From the NCBI GenBank assembly GCA_964036045.1, contig OZ038378.1, forward strand, positions 2,790,001 to 2,854,000: DNA of 64,000 nucleotides, read 5' to 3'. Position numbers and translations under genes: made by a program. Shown here in pieces: positions 1-13,359 of the stretch. This DNA comes from Eutreptiella sp. 'Long Island Sound 2002'. Taxonomy: Eukaryota > Protista > Euglenida. Every line of letters starts with the position of its first letter. Position 1 is the stretch's first letter. The notes under the pieces were generated by a model. The model searched no databases. It had not been told where the DNA came from and worked only from the letters and a program-made list of their open reading frames with translations.

Positions 1-1892
1 TAGGTGTGGGCCAAGGTGCTCTGTTTGTGTGCAGTTTTGATTGTTTCCGGAGTCACACGGGCTCTAATGTGATTTGGCTGACCGTCCTCCGCCCGTTTGG
101 CTACCAGCCATTTTGTTCTGTGTTAGGGGTGATGAAACACACATTGGAGCCGGGTGCATCATAGTCAGTGCCTGGGTAAAACAGTGTTGACCGCCGTGCG
201 CAAGATACCTCTTGCCTCAATTAGAGGGGGCGTTTGTACCGTATTAATTTGGGACCCTGCCGGATCTCGGACAGCGGCGGCCGGGGGGGGGGGATTGCGT
301 CGTTCTGTTCTGTACAAAAAGCCGTGGCAGGTATTTTGTCGTGACTGCAAAATGCGGTGACCAGGGGGCTTTGCCCCGCCTGCTCACCTGCATCAAAAAG
401 ATTTGAGTCCGCGAAATTTCTGTGACCAGTTCTGGCTGTCGCCTGGGTATCACAGGCGAACAAGGCAGGCGCAGCACGCCTTGTCAAAAAAAACACACCC
501 CCATCTTCCTACGGAAGGCGCCTTCATATCAGCCTGAAACGCCTGTTGAGGATTTTTACTGGCGCTGTGCTTCGGCTAGACATCCCATGCTCATGCCCAT
601 GTGTGTTTCACCCTGAGTACCGAAAAATGTTTTTCTGTCATATTCCCAAGTACCTAAAATTCCACATCTCCGAGCTACCAAACAATCTCCACAAGATGGT
701 ACGTGCAATCACGGCCACCTGCAACCTGCATATTGTGTTCGTGAGCAGGCTGAACTACTCATGAATAAGCTGATTGATTTTCTGGTGCTCACGGTGATGA
801 TGATTTTGTGCTCAGGGATGCAACGGAACCAAATTACACAGAATGCAATTCCATGGTCATTGCAACACTATCTTTTTGATTTTTTGAGTTCCAGTTGAGC
901 ATATTAACCACAGTGGGACCTTCCTGACCCCATGGGCGATGGGGACCCTAACTTCTCAGGATGACAAAGAAACACCAACACGATCCTGGTAATACAATTT
1001 TGATATCCCGCACTCTTTGCGCCCATTTCCATCATTTTACCGAGAGGGCAACAAGGGGTCATGCGCACAACAGGGGACGTTCCCAATGATCCATTCCCAG
1101 GGCTGGGAATCACAAAGTTTTGGGATTTAACCCAGTGGCCCGATCTCTGGCCCAATCTTCGGATTTTTTTCAGCCCTGCAGAGGTGCTACGGGAAGTTAT
1201 AACACCCTCCCATTGTGTGTGTGCAACACATTTTTTTCCGCAAAGTTGAGTCTCTGCCTCAGTTCCTAGCATCCGTGATAGACATCCGTCTTTCCACCAG
1301 GCTCTGCATCACCATTGTTGGAGCAATCTCGGCTTTGAACCCGCATCTGCTCTCACTTTGTCTGCTCTGCCACATCTCAGCTCCTAGTTGTACAAGCTTT
1401 GGGCTTCGGTGCAACTCATCCTTTACTGCCCTGGCATAGCACAGCAAATTGTTCAAGTAGACGGGAAATCTCTTTGTGCCTTTGCCCTGAGTTGCACCCC
1501 TCTCTCCTTTTGTTTTGTAACCCAGATCTCAGTGTATGTTGTAAGTTGTGTAATTTTTTGTCCCGTAAACGTAAGTACAAAAAAAGTCATACTGTGGTGT
1601 AATTTGGTTTTGCAGTAAATGCGAGTTCAAAAAATCGTTTTGGTGAGTAGTGCAAAACCTCCAAATCTGGTTCTTGGCTTGACCACAAATATAAAATGCA
1701 GCACTGTACAATTTTTTTTGGTACTCGTGTTTATGGCAAAACAAACAAACAAACAAACTGCACGACGTACAAGGTTTTTGTATTTGTGTTTAGCGCAGAA
1801 CAAACAATTCCACGACATGTGATTTTTTTGTACTTGGGTTAACCGCAATACAAAAAAATCACCCGCCCTTGCAACAAGGAAAAACTAGCGGC

Positions 1893-2280
1893 CATGTGCC
1901 ACACTTCTGTTTTTGTACCCGCTTTGGGGACCCCCAAGACAGCAGGGGTTATGTCGCCACATTGCCCACAGGTGGGCCCCCAAGACAGTAGGAGTTATGG
2001 CGCCACTTTGCCCACACGTGGCCCCCCAAGACTGCACGGGTTATGCAACCATCTTGCCCACATGTGCCCCTCCCACACAGTAGGTGTCATGTAGCCATTT
2101 GATTTAATCCCTTTTTGGGGGGCCCCCAAGACAACATGGGTTATGGAGCCACTTTGCCCACATGTTGGCCTCCAAGATGGGCGGGGTCAAGTAGCCACTT
2201 CTGATTTCCTACCTACGCTATGCCCTAGGGACCCCGAGACGGCAAGGGTGATGCAGTTGCCCAAATGGGGGCGGCCACAT
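1893..2280. repeat. Degenerate ~60-70 bp satellite array (TTGGGGACCCCCAAGA..GCAGGGGTTATGTAGCCAC type)
   Basis: Repeated GGG(G)ACCCCCAAGA / GTAGCCAC / TTCTGATTT motifs in tandem; the same monomer recurs elsewhere in the window. Confidence 0.8.
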
Positions 2281-2686
2281 TTTCGTGGTCAATAGTGATG
2301 ACGGAGTGGGGTTGCATTGGTTTGTATGTGGTATGGATTGTTGTGTTCGGTTGGACTTTCTCACAGCATGGGTTTGGGAACCTCCGAGCACCATTGCGTT
2401 GATTTGCCCCTTTCTTAGTGGAGTCTGGGCGGCATGATTTTGGGACCAAACACTGGGCTTTCACTTTCTAAAAGGGTGGTTGGTCTTATGGTTTTCAAAA
2501 CCTGCACATCGCAAACCATTCGGTTGTACACTGGGGCGCCTTTGCAGATGTTCACCTCACCCCAATGCCATTGGGCTTTTTGAGCTATGTATTGAGCATC
2601 TTCAATGTTGATCCCTCATTGCTTCATGCGAATCATACATGGGCCTTGTGACAATCGTGAATGGATGACTGAGCTTCATACCCCTA

Positions 2687-4270
2687 GTGTCTCACCCCGT
2701 AGCGCCCAAGTTCAGGGTGCACCACGCAATGTTTATAAGAATTAAGTTGCAAGGGGCGCGGGGCTGGGTGGGTGGGTCTTCGGCCGGGTGGGTGGGTCTG
2801 AAGCTCTGGACCCCTCTTACAATTCTGAGGGTTTCTTGGGTTGGGCTCCTTCCACCCCTTCTTTCTTTGCTCATAGGAGCCTTGTCTAGCTGTTTGTTGG
2901 TGCCCCTTTCCGCTTTGTCATTGTGTAGGCACCACGCCAAAAATTGTGGTTGTGGGGTATTCGTTGGATCCTTTGAACAGGCCCAAAGGGAGCACCTGAA
3001 GGGTGAGAAGTACAAGCAATGGGTGAAAGCAAAGAAGAGTCAGCGCCCACTCAATTTTCCCGAGGTGAGCCCAGTGCAGCCAAAAGAAACTTCAACAGCC
3101 AGTTCTAGCAGCAGTAGCAGAAACAACCCGGCACAAAGCAGCAGTGCTGCACAGAGTGGCACTTCTGCATAAAGCAATAGTGCTGCACAGAGTGCACGTT
3201 TTGTATAGAGCAGCAATCTTGCACTGAGCAACAGTGCCGCACAAAGTGGTGGTTCTGACCAGCACATGTGAACACTCACGCACAGAGCTACAATCCTGCC
3301 GAGGGTGCCACCACAACCAAGAAACCATCATACAATGCCACCGTGAAAGCAACCAAGGTTTTGGCAGATTTGTCGGCCATTCCCAACAGTGAGCACCACA
3401 ACAAGGCACAAGAGTTTGCATCAGTGCTGCATAAGACTGCACCTGGCAGGCAATCCCGTTGTGAGGTCCCTTTTGTTGTACACGATTTTTGTCGCCTTGT
3501 TGCAGACGCCATCCCTGTTGGGCTCCGAGTTGAGTGCCGAGCAGCATTGATGGGTACACAAACCCACATGCCATATGCTTGCCACCCAAACTTGCTCGCT
3601 TTTGATGAGTTGAATGTCAAAGATTGAATGGGTGAGCATGCTCTTGCTGGCCTCGAGGTGTTGGCCGTGGTCCACATCGTCGTCTCACGGACCTTATGGT
3701 GAACAAGGAATTTTTGGTGTCACCGGGGAGATTTTGGAGGACTCCGTGGGCTGCGCCATGCTTCTGGATGGTACCACGAAGAAGTCGTAAAAGCGGCCGT
3801 TTGAGGCATTCTTGTTGCATAATGTCGACGGAGAGGCTTGGCACCGCTTGCGCATTCTAACGTTGACTCACCGCACACCTACCGAAATGGCACAACTGAA
3901 GGCCATCGACGCAAAGCCTTTTGGAGCCAAAGCACAATTTGACCGCCCGTGCCGTGCCATGAAGTCATGTTGTGGCAGCATTGCGGACGAAGATGGTCGC
4001 ATGCCACCCATAATGAAGAACCTAATTCACGGTGTGTATGACGGGGCCTCCAACCACGTGTGGCATGGGCACATTATTCAATAGCCCGATGATGTTCTTG
4101 GGACCATAGATGTGAGCCATAAGCTTGGTCGTTTGGTTGTACACACTATCCGGACGAGCCCAATGTATGGCAAGTATGTGCCCGCGATGCAAAGCATCAC
4201 CAATACCATCACAAGTCCGAGGTCCACAGCTTGACCACGGAGGCCATGGGGAGCATGCGCTGCAGTGCAT
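2687..4270 (+). pseudogene. Fragmented coding remnant of unknown, probably transposon-borne, protein
   Basis: Chain of protein-like + strand ORFs (2687-3172, 3268-3627, 3812-4084) broken by stops and frameshifts; no recognisable family motif. Confidence 0.3.
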
Positions 4271-7200
4271 CATCACAACATGTTGGTCTCGGAGTTTGTC
4301 TTAGGCGGCCACTTACACACGTGGTTTTCTTGTCTGGGGGGTGCAAAATGGGAACATTGAAAGTTTGGATTTTGACCCCCCAAAAAGTCAGTTTTATAAT
4401 TGGCATGTGTTACTAGTAGAGTGATTCCTAGTGACCGAGGCCCTGTGTACCGAACGAGCCACACACACATACAACAGTGTCCCGTGCAGCGCCATGTAAC
4501 TCTCTTGGGGGGGGGGGTGTTTGCCAGCTTTTGTAATGCTACTGCGCCGCGGCGCGCTTTTTTTTCAAATTGTCGGTTCAATCCATGGTTTTGGAGGCTG
4601 TTTAAACCCATTTTTTGAAACAAAGCCGCACTGCAACGCGCTTTTTTCAAAATTTCTCCATTGTCTTGTACCCCCTCTCTTTGTCTTGCACACCTGTCAT
4701 TCAAGAGAACGGACAATGATGATTACTAATTGCTGATTTGGTATGAAATGTCAATCATTGTTGTGATGCACGGCGCTGCAGCGCAGTTTGTCTGTCTATT
4801 TGTCGGTTTGTGTGTGTATTTACCAGTACTTGTTGTTTGGGTGCACTAATTTTTATTTTGATTCTCAAATTCCGCGATGCAGACAAAGTTCATGCCCTTT
4901 GTGAGTGTCATGCTAACGGGTTGCATCGAACTCCACTGACCGCATGCAGCAGTACGCACACCACTTTGTGTACTCCTTGTTCATCTGTGTACTGTCGGGG
5001 GCAATGGATGCTGTGCCATTTCATCAGTGTCTGATAGAGTCAGGGTTCACCTGCGCTGATGATCTGGCAGATGCTGCACTGCGAGGCACCCCTGCTGGAG
5101 ATTTTGTTACCTTGTCATTGCATTTGCGTCGGCACAAACGTTCCACATATGAATTGGGGGATTTTTTGCAGCAGAGGAAACATGTTCAACTGGGATTCAA
5201 ACCCCCTCTTTGGCACAACACAAGCCTGCAAGAAACTTTCAATCTTTGGAGGCTCATGCATGCACGGTGCCTGCCACGGACAAAGCGTCCATTTGAGACA
5301 GTGAGTGGTATTGGTTGCAAGGAGAGATGTCGTCTTAGCAAAGCAGGCGTTTGTGCTGCCGGGGTAGCGTCTCATGGGCGACAAGCTTGTGCTTTAGCTG
5401 CACCGCTTTGGGAACAATTGGAGTGGTTCACAACATGTGCTTTGGCGTGACAATTTTTATCGCCGGCAGTTTCGCCTGCTGGTTGTGTCCGATGATGTGT
5501 CCCTCAATTGCTCGGTTGCTACGGTTCTAGCTATGCCTCGGCCTCTTGATATGTACACTGGGTTCCTGTCCCTCCATTCACTGTTGAGCAATGTGGGGGA
5601 TGTATGAGCCGAATACTGGCGTAGTCACCGCCGATTTTGTGCTGCTGTTCAGACTATTGCTGAAAGACCAGTACCACTGAAGGACATCCGATGTCCTCTT
5701 GATGTGAGCCGGACACATGTCCGCAGCCACCCATGGAGAGCATTTCTGTTGTCAGAGTTGGTGGTTGGGCAAAAGGGGATTTGGTGTCGCTGCTGCACAT
5801 GTTGCGGGATGTTCAACAACACAAAATTGTATTTTGCCACTGCTTGTTGACGAGAATATGTATTACCGCATTTGCAAGACTGTCTATGGGCAATCCTACG
5901 AACGTTAGAACCTAGGTACCTTAGTGGGCTGGCACCCACCCCTGTATGCCATCTGGCACCCCTACAAGTATGCAGTAACAAGGTGTTACTTTGCGTTCTT
6001 TCCGCTCATGATGTACATTGTTCATGACAAATTGCCCCAGGGACATGAGATACCAACAACATGCAAACTGATTTTCAAGGATTGCCTCCCTCCTTGTGGT
6101 TGCGGATAAGGTACGAGGTATGTTGAATCTGCAGTTTATGGCTATTTCTAGGCGGGCCTGGCCGCACTCTGTTGCCACCCAACTGCAATTATCGCAACTG
6201 ACTACGTTAAAGCACCTGTTGTATGAGTATGTACCTGCGCTATTTTTGGTTGGGACGTAGGTCTGTGGTTGTTACTGGGGCGACGGTACATAATAATGCA
6301 CCTTGGACTGCCCCACGAGCACAAGATCGAGAATGTCTGTTCAATAATGGTTGCCCGGTTGCTTTGGTCGCGGTGGCATGAGGGTCTGCCTCCACAAGCG
6401 TTCTAGGAGGAACCTTGTGAGGCATTGTTGAGTCGGGTAGTGCATCGCCGTGCGTGCAACAAGGGTGCAAGCCGTGCGTGCAACAAGGGTGCAACCACGT
6501 TTCAGCAGTGCTTTGACGATTATCTGTTGGTTGCACCTGCTAGCACCGAGGAGCGTGACAGGCTGTTGTCCGGTATCCCCGCTGGCACTATTCCTCATGT
6601 TGAGAGGAATGTGAGGGCGCCGATATAGGCAATGAGGCAGGATGTTGTGCCAGATGTGCGCTGCAGCGCGCAAAAGGCAACGGTTGCGGTTTCTTCGGTC
6701 CGGCCTCACGATTTTCATTTTCCGCCACGGCTGCCACGGCTGGAAGTGCTTGTGGTCCTTGTTTGAACAATATTGCATATTGCATGTTGCCCATGCAGGA
6801 AGGGCCTGAGGACTTCCAAACCCTAGAGAGCTAACGTGTTTGTTGCCCATACAGGAGCGGCCTAGGGATGTTGATAACTAGAAAGTGCTTTGTATGCATG
6901 ACCCCTGAGTAGCCAAAAAAATGGAAGGGAATGAGACCTACAACCATTCAAAAGATGTGCGCCCTGGAAGATGCATCCAAACGATGCCTCAAAAAGATGA
7001 AGGGGCGAGAAAATGCTCACACGCCGGTTTTTTTTGAAAATTTTTGAGAATACTCGGAGCCAATGGCCCCCCCTCCTACATGCCAATGCCCCCCCCCCCA
7101 CCCGGAAACAAGAATCATGCCCCCCCCCTGTCAATAGCCCCCCCTTCGGGAAAGAAGAATCTTGGCCGGGCCATTGGCAAGGGAGGGGGATGGTAGGCTA

Positions 7201-8390
7201 CCCCTTTAAGGGATGTCCATTTTGGGGGCATTCACCAAGTAAAGAGTAGAATTTAGTGCCTAGGTACTAGCATGCAAACGTTCTGTCCTAGACATGGCGT
7301 TCTAGGGGAGTGCGGCACGCTGTCGAGATTGATTCCTGTTTGCAGTGTTGATGCGTGTCTGCATATGTTTTGGCTAAAAGAGGAAAGGCACGCACAAAGC
7401 CAGAAGTTTTTACTTACCTATTTCCCTTGTTCACAACTGGTTGCTGCTAGAGAGCTAGCCGTTAGAGGAAAATACACATATGTCTTTGTTTTGTGTTTCT
7501 TGTGGCCCGAGGTGGCAAGGGCCACAAGTTCTGGAATTGGATATCGGAGCGATGACTAGAATGCTCTCTTGCTACATGCACTAGGGCAGAGAGCAGACCA
7601 AGAACAATTGTATGGTATTGGGGACCTCAGTAAGGCTTACCAAGGCAATATACTCACCCGAGTGATGTGCATTCATGGTAGCATGCGGTGGTTTGGTGGT
7701 CCTAACCCCATCTCTCTCCCCTTGGTGCATCATCTGTCAAAAAATAATACCACATGCTGTGATGGAAATACAAACCTAGCAGATGTACAGGTCACAACAC
7801 AATTGAGTGATGTTGTATGGCTTCAAAGCAGCATGTCGTCATGGTGAAGATGTCATGCATCCATGTAAACCCAGCTTCCCTTTGTCTACTAAATCTGTCA
7901 CGTTGCACAAGATCCCGAAGCTCCACTACCTGCCCTTGCAGCTTGATTACCTGCCTTTGCATTGCCTTTTCAAGTTACCCGTGTGTTGTTGATCGCACTA
8001 AATAGAATCGGCATGCTAGTACATATGCTGGGCTTGCACTAGTGCATCAACATGCACTATTCCAAGCATGCACTGTAGGCTTCCTTTGCCTGCTGTGGTC
8101 ATACAGTGGAGGCAGGCAAAGGGACAACCAAGTTTGCATAATTCCCTTGACGTTTGGAGGATCCCAGTCGTTCATATGCCTTTTATGCCACATCACAAAT
8201 TCTTCTAGATTTCATGACATCTTGACATCTTCACAGGTTTGATTGTTTCGCCTGACAAGGTGGTTGGGGACCGGTGCCCACGCTTGCCTGTTGTGGTCCC
8301 CTTACAGTGCATGCATGTGTGCGTGCGGGAGTGCGTGCATGCGTGCGTGTGTCTACGTGTGTTTGCGCCTGTGTATGTTATGCTTAGCCC

Positions 8391-9150
8391 ATGCTCATAC
8401 GTGCGCTTGTTGCGTATGTTCCCTCCGAACAGCTCACCTCAAGCCGCCCACTAAGTCGAAGGAGCTACACTCGCGACTTCGAAGCCCTGCCCTCCGTTGA
8501 TATGAGGGTCTGGTGTACCCCTCCGTCAGCAGGCCACCTATGGTCAAGACGACGGTGCATCCCCATGGGGGGATCCTTTTCGGCACAAGCTGCGGACCTA
8601 CACAGCCTGTGGTCCGTTTACACCTCCTACCACCCGTTTTACACCCTCAGCCAGCTCAGTGTTTCACCTGAGGGATTCCCCTATTGGCGCAACGCCCATG
8701 GTACTGTCGCGCCGTGCCAGTTTCGTGACAACATACTCATAGCCACCAGCTTCTCCGACTCCCCCCGCACACACATTGTCGAAACCGTATGCAAGATTCT
8801 AGAACAAGCATGGGATCTGGCGGTCCTCTGTGATTGTCGTGCAAAACAGTGAGACCCCTGTAAGTACACCTGCCACACCCCACACTGTATTGGTCTTGGC
8901 TTCAGCCTACATAGAGGGCACAACGGTCAGAGTACAGCCCACGTCCAACCAAGTGAAAGAAAAGTGGCAAGGGTGGCACATGCAGCCATCGTCCGCAGCC
9001 TTTCCACCAGTCCCCATGACCATCACAAGACAGTCCAGTACATGTATTACATAGCACCACACATGCCGACCCCAAAGTGCTGCGCTATCAACATGACGTT
9101 GTGGTGGCTTAAGAAACATGCACACTGGCGCAGAGAAGCCTACAGTAGCT
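8391..9150 (+). mobile_element. Penelope-like (PLE) reverse transcriptase fragment, decayed
   Basis: ORF 8391-8852 has CIPMGGSFSAQAADL (cf. PLE GxPMGxxxSxxxAxL) followed by QFRDNIL at the position expected for YxDD. Confidence 0.6.
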
Positions 9151-10518
9151 GGGTCATCCACCCCTCCTTGTCACTAGACGGCACAACAGGGTCTTGGAAC
9201 CATGATGCTCCCCCCCTGCACAATGTACAGCAACATGCCCACCCTCCGGGGCACGTCAGTCACCTCCCCTCCTGCCATGAAACTCAACCAGTTGTGTGTG
9301 TGTGAGCAGGCGGTCACGCTTGTCTCCAAGAACTCGAAGCAACATGTAAACGGTGCTGTGGCAACAGGTGAATCATCTTCCCTCTCCCTCTCTTTGCGAG
9401 TTTGGTGCCCAGGGGGGTGACTTGACATGAATCAACCTCAGGGGGTAGACGAACATACAACTTGCTCCCCATGTCCCCATCCTCGCTACAGAAAGGCGCC
9501 TAGCCACATGACATTCCCTGTTTTGATGGCCTGATGAGGTGTTTTGGAGCCAGAGCCTTTTGACTGCCTGCCTGTGCTCGTCCACATTCATTGTCGGTTC
9601 GTTGGTTTCTCTCGCAAAGTGTGTGTGTGTGTGGACCGGGCCCCATAAGTCATGAAGTGTGTGCATCGTTCCCCATAGCCTGGAAGCCATGCTCAATGCA
9701 ACTGTTGCACCCTCTGCCTTAGGGAGGTAGGCATACAATCACTTAGATTTCTCGAGCTTTTGCATTGTGCTGCAGCAAATGGGATGCTTTCAGAAACTAA
9801 TGGATGGGTTCATTGAAGAATGATCCACAGATTTTTGCCGAACACAGACTCTGATGTGGATGATTTCTTATCCGTGATCAATGCCGTCTCTCAGCGCTGG
9901 AAGCTACTCGATGGCACGGATCTCACTGATGCACAGCGCAACTTGGTCGTCATGGCGCTGTATGATCGGACCTTTCAACACTGGCAACAGACCCAACGGC
10001 GCCTGAGGAAGCGTTGGAAGGCTGCACGGCTTCGCCTGAAAGAACTTCAGGTCAGTGACTGAGTGTCTATGGTATCAGATCAACATTGTTTCCATAGTTA
10101 ATTGTCCATGGTATATTGGTCACAGTACTCCCCCCCCCCCCTGCGTTAACACGGGCTTGTCCAAACACGGCGACCCAGTGTCTTTTTTGGAACCATTGTT
10201 TTTTGCATTCCCAATACTAAGTGACTGTCATTTGTAGTGCAGGGTACGAGTGGTCAATTTGGGTGTCAAAATGTTGGTTTGGCTGCAGTTCCATGTGCTC
10301 TTGTGTTCTGGTGTATATGCTGGCCTGTTGCGCACCCTTTTGCAGTCATGAACAATTCTCTTTGTACTGCCGGATTGCCTGTGGCATACCATTTGTACAC
10401 GAACAATAAGCCTGTGCCTCCGCGAGTTTTGGGTCCCTCTACAAGTGAGCTGAGCAGTATATTTGCATTACTTTACAAAAGACATTGTGGATGACAGTTT
10501 TAATTTCAAAGATAAGAA

Positions 10519-10590
10519 ACTCAAGCCTGTCCATCAGCCAGCCCCCAAGGCAGCCCCTAAGGCAGCCCCAAAGGCAGCCCCAAAAGGCAA
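10519..10590 (+). repeat. 12-bp tandem repeat (AAGGCAGCCCCN) encoding AAPK repeats in a short ORF
   Basis: CAGCCCCCAAGG-CAGCCCCTAAGG-CAGCCCCAAAGG-CAGCCCCAAAAGG; ORF 10463-10681 reads APKAAPKAAPKAAPK. Confidence 0.7.
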
Positions 10591-10849
10591 ACATGTCCGG
10601 CTCTTCAAGAGGAGGCGCAAGGTGGGTAAGGGGTACTATCCGGTGCCTCAACCAGAATGCGAGCGACTGAGTGGTACCTGAGTTGTACACACAAGGATAA
10701 AGGCTTTTTATTGTCGTGTTCTGAGGGGTAGGTTTGGGTTACGTCAACAATATGTGTTCTATGGGCAGGGGTGTCCTTAAGATGCCCAATTTTTTTCTGT
10801 TAAGGACAGCCCTCAAGGACAGCCCCCAGGGGCCTACTTTACAGGGTTG

Positions 10850-11440
10850 ATGTAGCAACTTCTGATTTTCTCCCCGCACTGATTTTCTCCCCGCACTTGC
10901 GCACGCTAGGGGACTTGAGACAACAGGGGCATGTAGCTACTTCTGATTTTGTCCTCACATTGGGGACCGCCGAGGCAGGGGTTATGTAGCCACTTTACGC
11001 ACATGTGGACCCCCAAGATGGCAAGGGTTACCTTGCCATTTCTGATTTTGTCTCCGCACTGAGCGTTGGGGACCCCCCAGATGGCAGGGGTGATGTAGCC
11101 ATGTCTGATTTTGTCGCTTCGTTGAGCGTTGGGGATCCCCGAGATGGCAGGTGCTATGTAGCCAATTAGCCCACATGTGGGCGCCCGAGACAGTAGGGGT
11201 GAAGTAGCTATTTCTGATTTTGTCCCGGCCCCGAGCGTTTGGGTCCCCCAAGACAATAGGGTGATGTGTCTACCTTGCCCATATGTGGCCCCCAAGACGG
11301 CATGGTTGAAGTAGCCATTTCTGATTTTGCGCTGAGCGTGGGGGACAGATTGCGAGGGCTTCGTAGCCATTTCTAATTTTGTCCCCGCGTTGAGAGTCGG
11401 GGATTCCCGGTACAGTAGGGGTGATGTCACATGTAGCCTG
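10850..11440. repeat. Satellite array, ~8-9 monomers of TTCTGATTTTGTCCCC..TTGGGGACCCCC..GGCAGGGGTGATGTAGC
   Basis: Clear periodic recurrence of TTCTGATTTTGT and GTAGCCA; same family as 1893-2280. Further monomers at ~13255, 13800, 23700, 28770, 29070, 30800, 31920, 33880. Confidence 0.85.
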
Positions 11441-13359
11441 GAGGCTAGCACAGAATTTAGTCGTACCATGCGGTGCACTGATGGTATTTCCTCCCGAGTT
11501 TTCCTTGTCGGGTCTGTCTGGGTGCCACGTAGCATGGCCCAACATGGGTGGAAATTTTTTTGTATGGTTCCTAAGCCCGGAAATTTTTAGGTGAATTTTC
11601 TCCTCCAAAGGTTCCTCCGATGTCGGGTCCGACTCCCGGGCCAATCAGGCTGCCACACGGAGCCCGGAAAAGGCTGCTTGGTGGACCCGATGTGAATTTT
11701 CATTTTGCTTTTTATGACTAGTTGACCAGACATACAAATAGATGTTGTTACCGTCCGGCATGCCCTGTTTTCAAAACGGCTTGCGTCACCACTGCCCAAA
11801 CATGTTTCCCTATCTGGACATTGAAACAACCCCCCCCCCCCCCGCAACCCCCAAACTTGGTGGCGCACAAAGCAGAATTCTTTTTTCCTTTTTCCCCTAC
11901 TTTTGGCAGGTCACCACCCCACTCCCGCCCCCCTTTGAAAAGGAATCCGTGGAGTCCCGGCGGCGCGACTAACCCTTGGGATGCCAGTGGGGATGAGCGA
12001 CGCACGGATTCAGATGGCTTGTCCGGGGCATGGTCGACAGTAACTTTGTCTCAAAACGAACTGATTTTTGTTCTATGCTTCACCATTATCTTTGTTGCTG
12101 CCGTTGTTCGTTGAGAATGCTGATTGGAAACGGGGTTTGGGACAGAAGCCACTTCTCTTTCCAGCACATGATGTCTGAGGCGGGGTCCGATGGTGGCAGA
12201 CACCCCCCGGGGCTCGAGTACGAATACCGGGGTCCCGGACCAGCGGTGTCGCCGGAGTGGCAGGGCACCGGGGCGGTCGTGGGCGGCCCATGTGGCAGTC
12301 GGAGGAGGCCCACTCGTCCGTCTCATCATGCCGCCGCATGCAGGGCCTAGCAACCAGTAGATAAGCAAGCGGTGGTGGTGCCAGTGACGGCAGTGTGGCA
12401 TTGAGGGACAGCGGTGCTTGCACGAGTAGTGCTGTCAAGGTAAGTAGTGTTGACAACACCAGCAGTACCGAAGTTGAGGTAGCCCTTGCTCCTCCACCTC
12501 CCAAGAAAAAGTTTCGCCGATTGACTGTGCATGGCACTCAGCTGGCCATCTCAGCACCCATTCATGTGGATGCAGAATCCCGCTCCGCCCCACCACCCCA
12601 CTTGTTGAGTGAGGATGATTTCTTTCCCACGGACACAGAGGTGGCAGTGTGAATAAAGAAGGAATCGTGAACTAACCATGGCCGTGCCATTGACCCTAAC
12701 CACAACCCATTTTGGGCTAACCAAAAGTGACCGTGACCGTGACCATGACTGCGGCCGACCAGCGACATTCGCGATGGAGGGCTAACCTGCTAACCGAGCT
12801 AACCGGGGGGTTGGGGGGGGGGGGCCCGGCGCTCCGTGAGTCTGTCCCACGATCGGGGACATGTGCTTGGCCACGTGTGGCCTTGGTAGCCGGGGCAGCT
12901 TCCCTTTGGGGAGTGGCGGAGCACTGTGCATATTACTCAGGAGGGTCCATTATAGCGGAAATTTTTGGTTTTTTTGGTTTTTGTGAAATTTCGCGTTGAA
13001 AAACTGTTGCCCGGAAGAAAGTAGCTGGCGCCCTAGCGGCAGCCCGGAAAAAATAGCCTGCTTTTTGCGTCCCAAAGGAGCCCCCGATGTCGGGTCCGAT
13101 GTGTGGGCCGGCTTTGGACATAGTCTGAAAAGCTAGCAGTCCATGTTGGTCCCCAAATCCGTGGATGAAACGCAACCCCGAGAAAAAAATTGGGGGCGGG
13201 GAGCGTTGCACTTATCTAGAGGATAATGACATTCTATGCTAGGCGTCCAGACTACATGTGTAGCTACTTTGCCCAAGTGGGTTCCCAAGACAGGAAGGGT
13301 GAAAGTAGCCATTTCTGATTTTGTCCCCGTGTCTAGCCTTGGGGCCCCCCAAGCTCGTG

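Noticed and set aside
9515-9560. CTGATGA hammerhead core near the PLE RT
   Set aside because: No stem II followed by GAAA and no pairing helices found.
10906-11535. 209-aa ORF and other ORFs over satellite or minisatellite arrays (also 59478-60389)
   Set aside because: Translations of tandem repeats.
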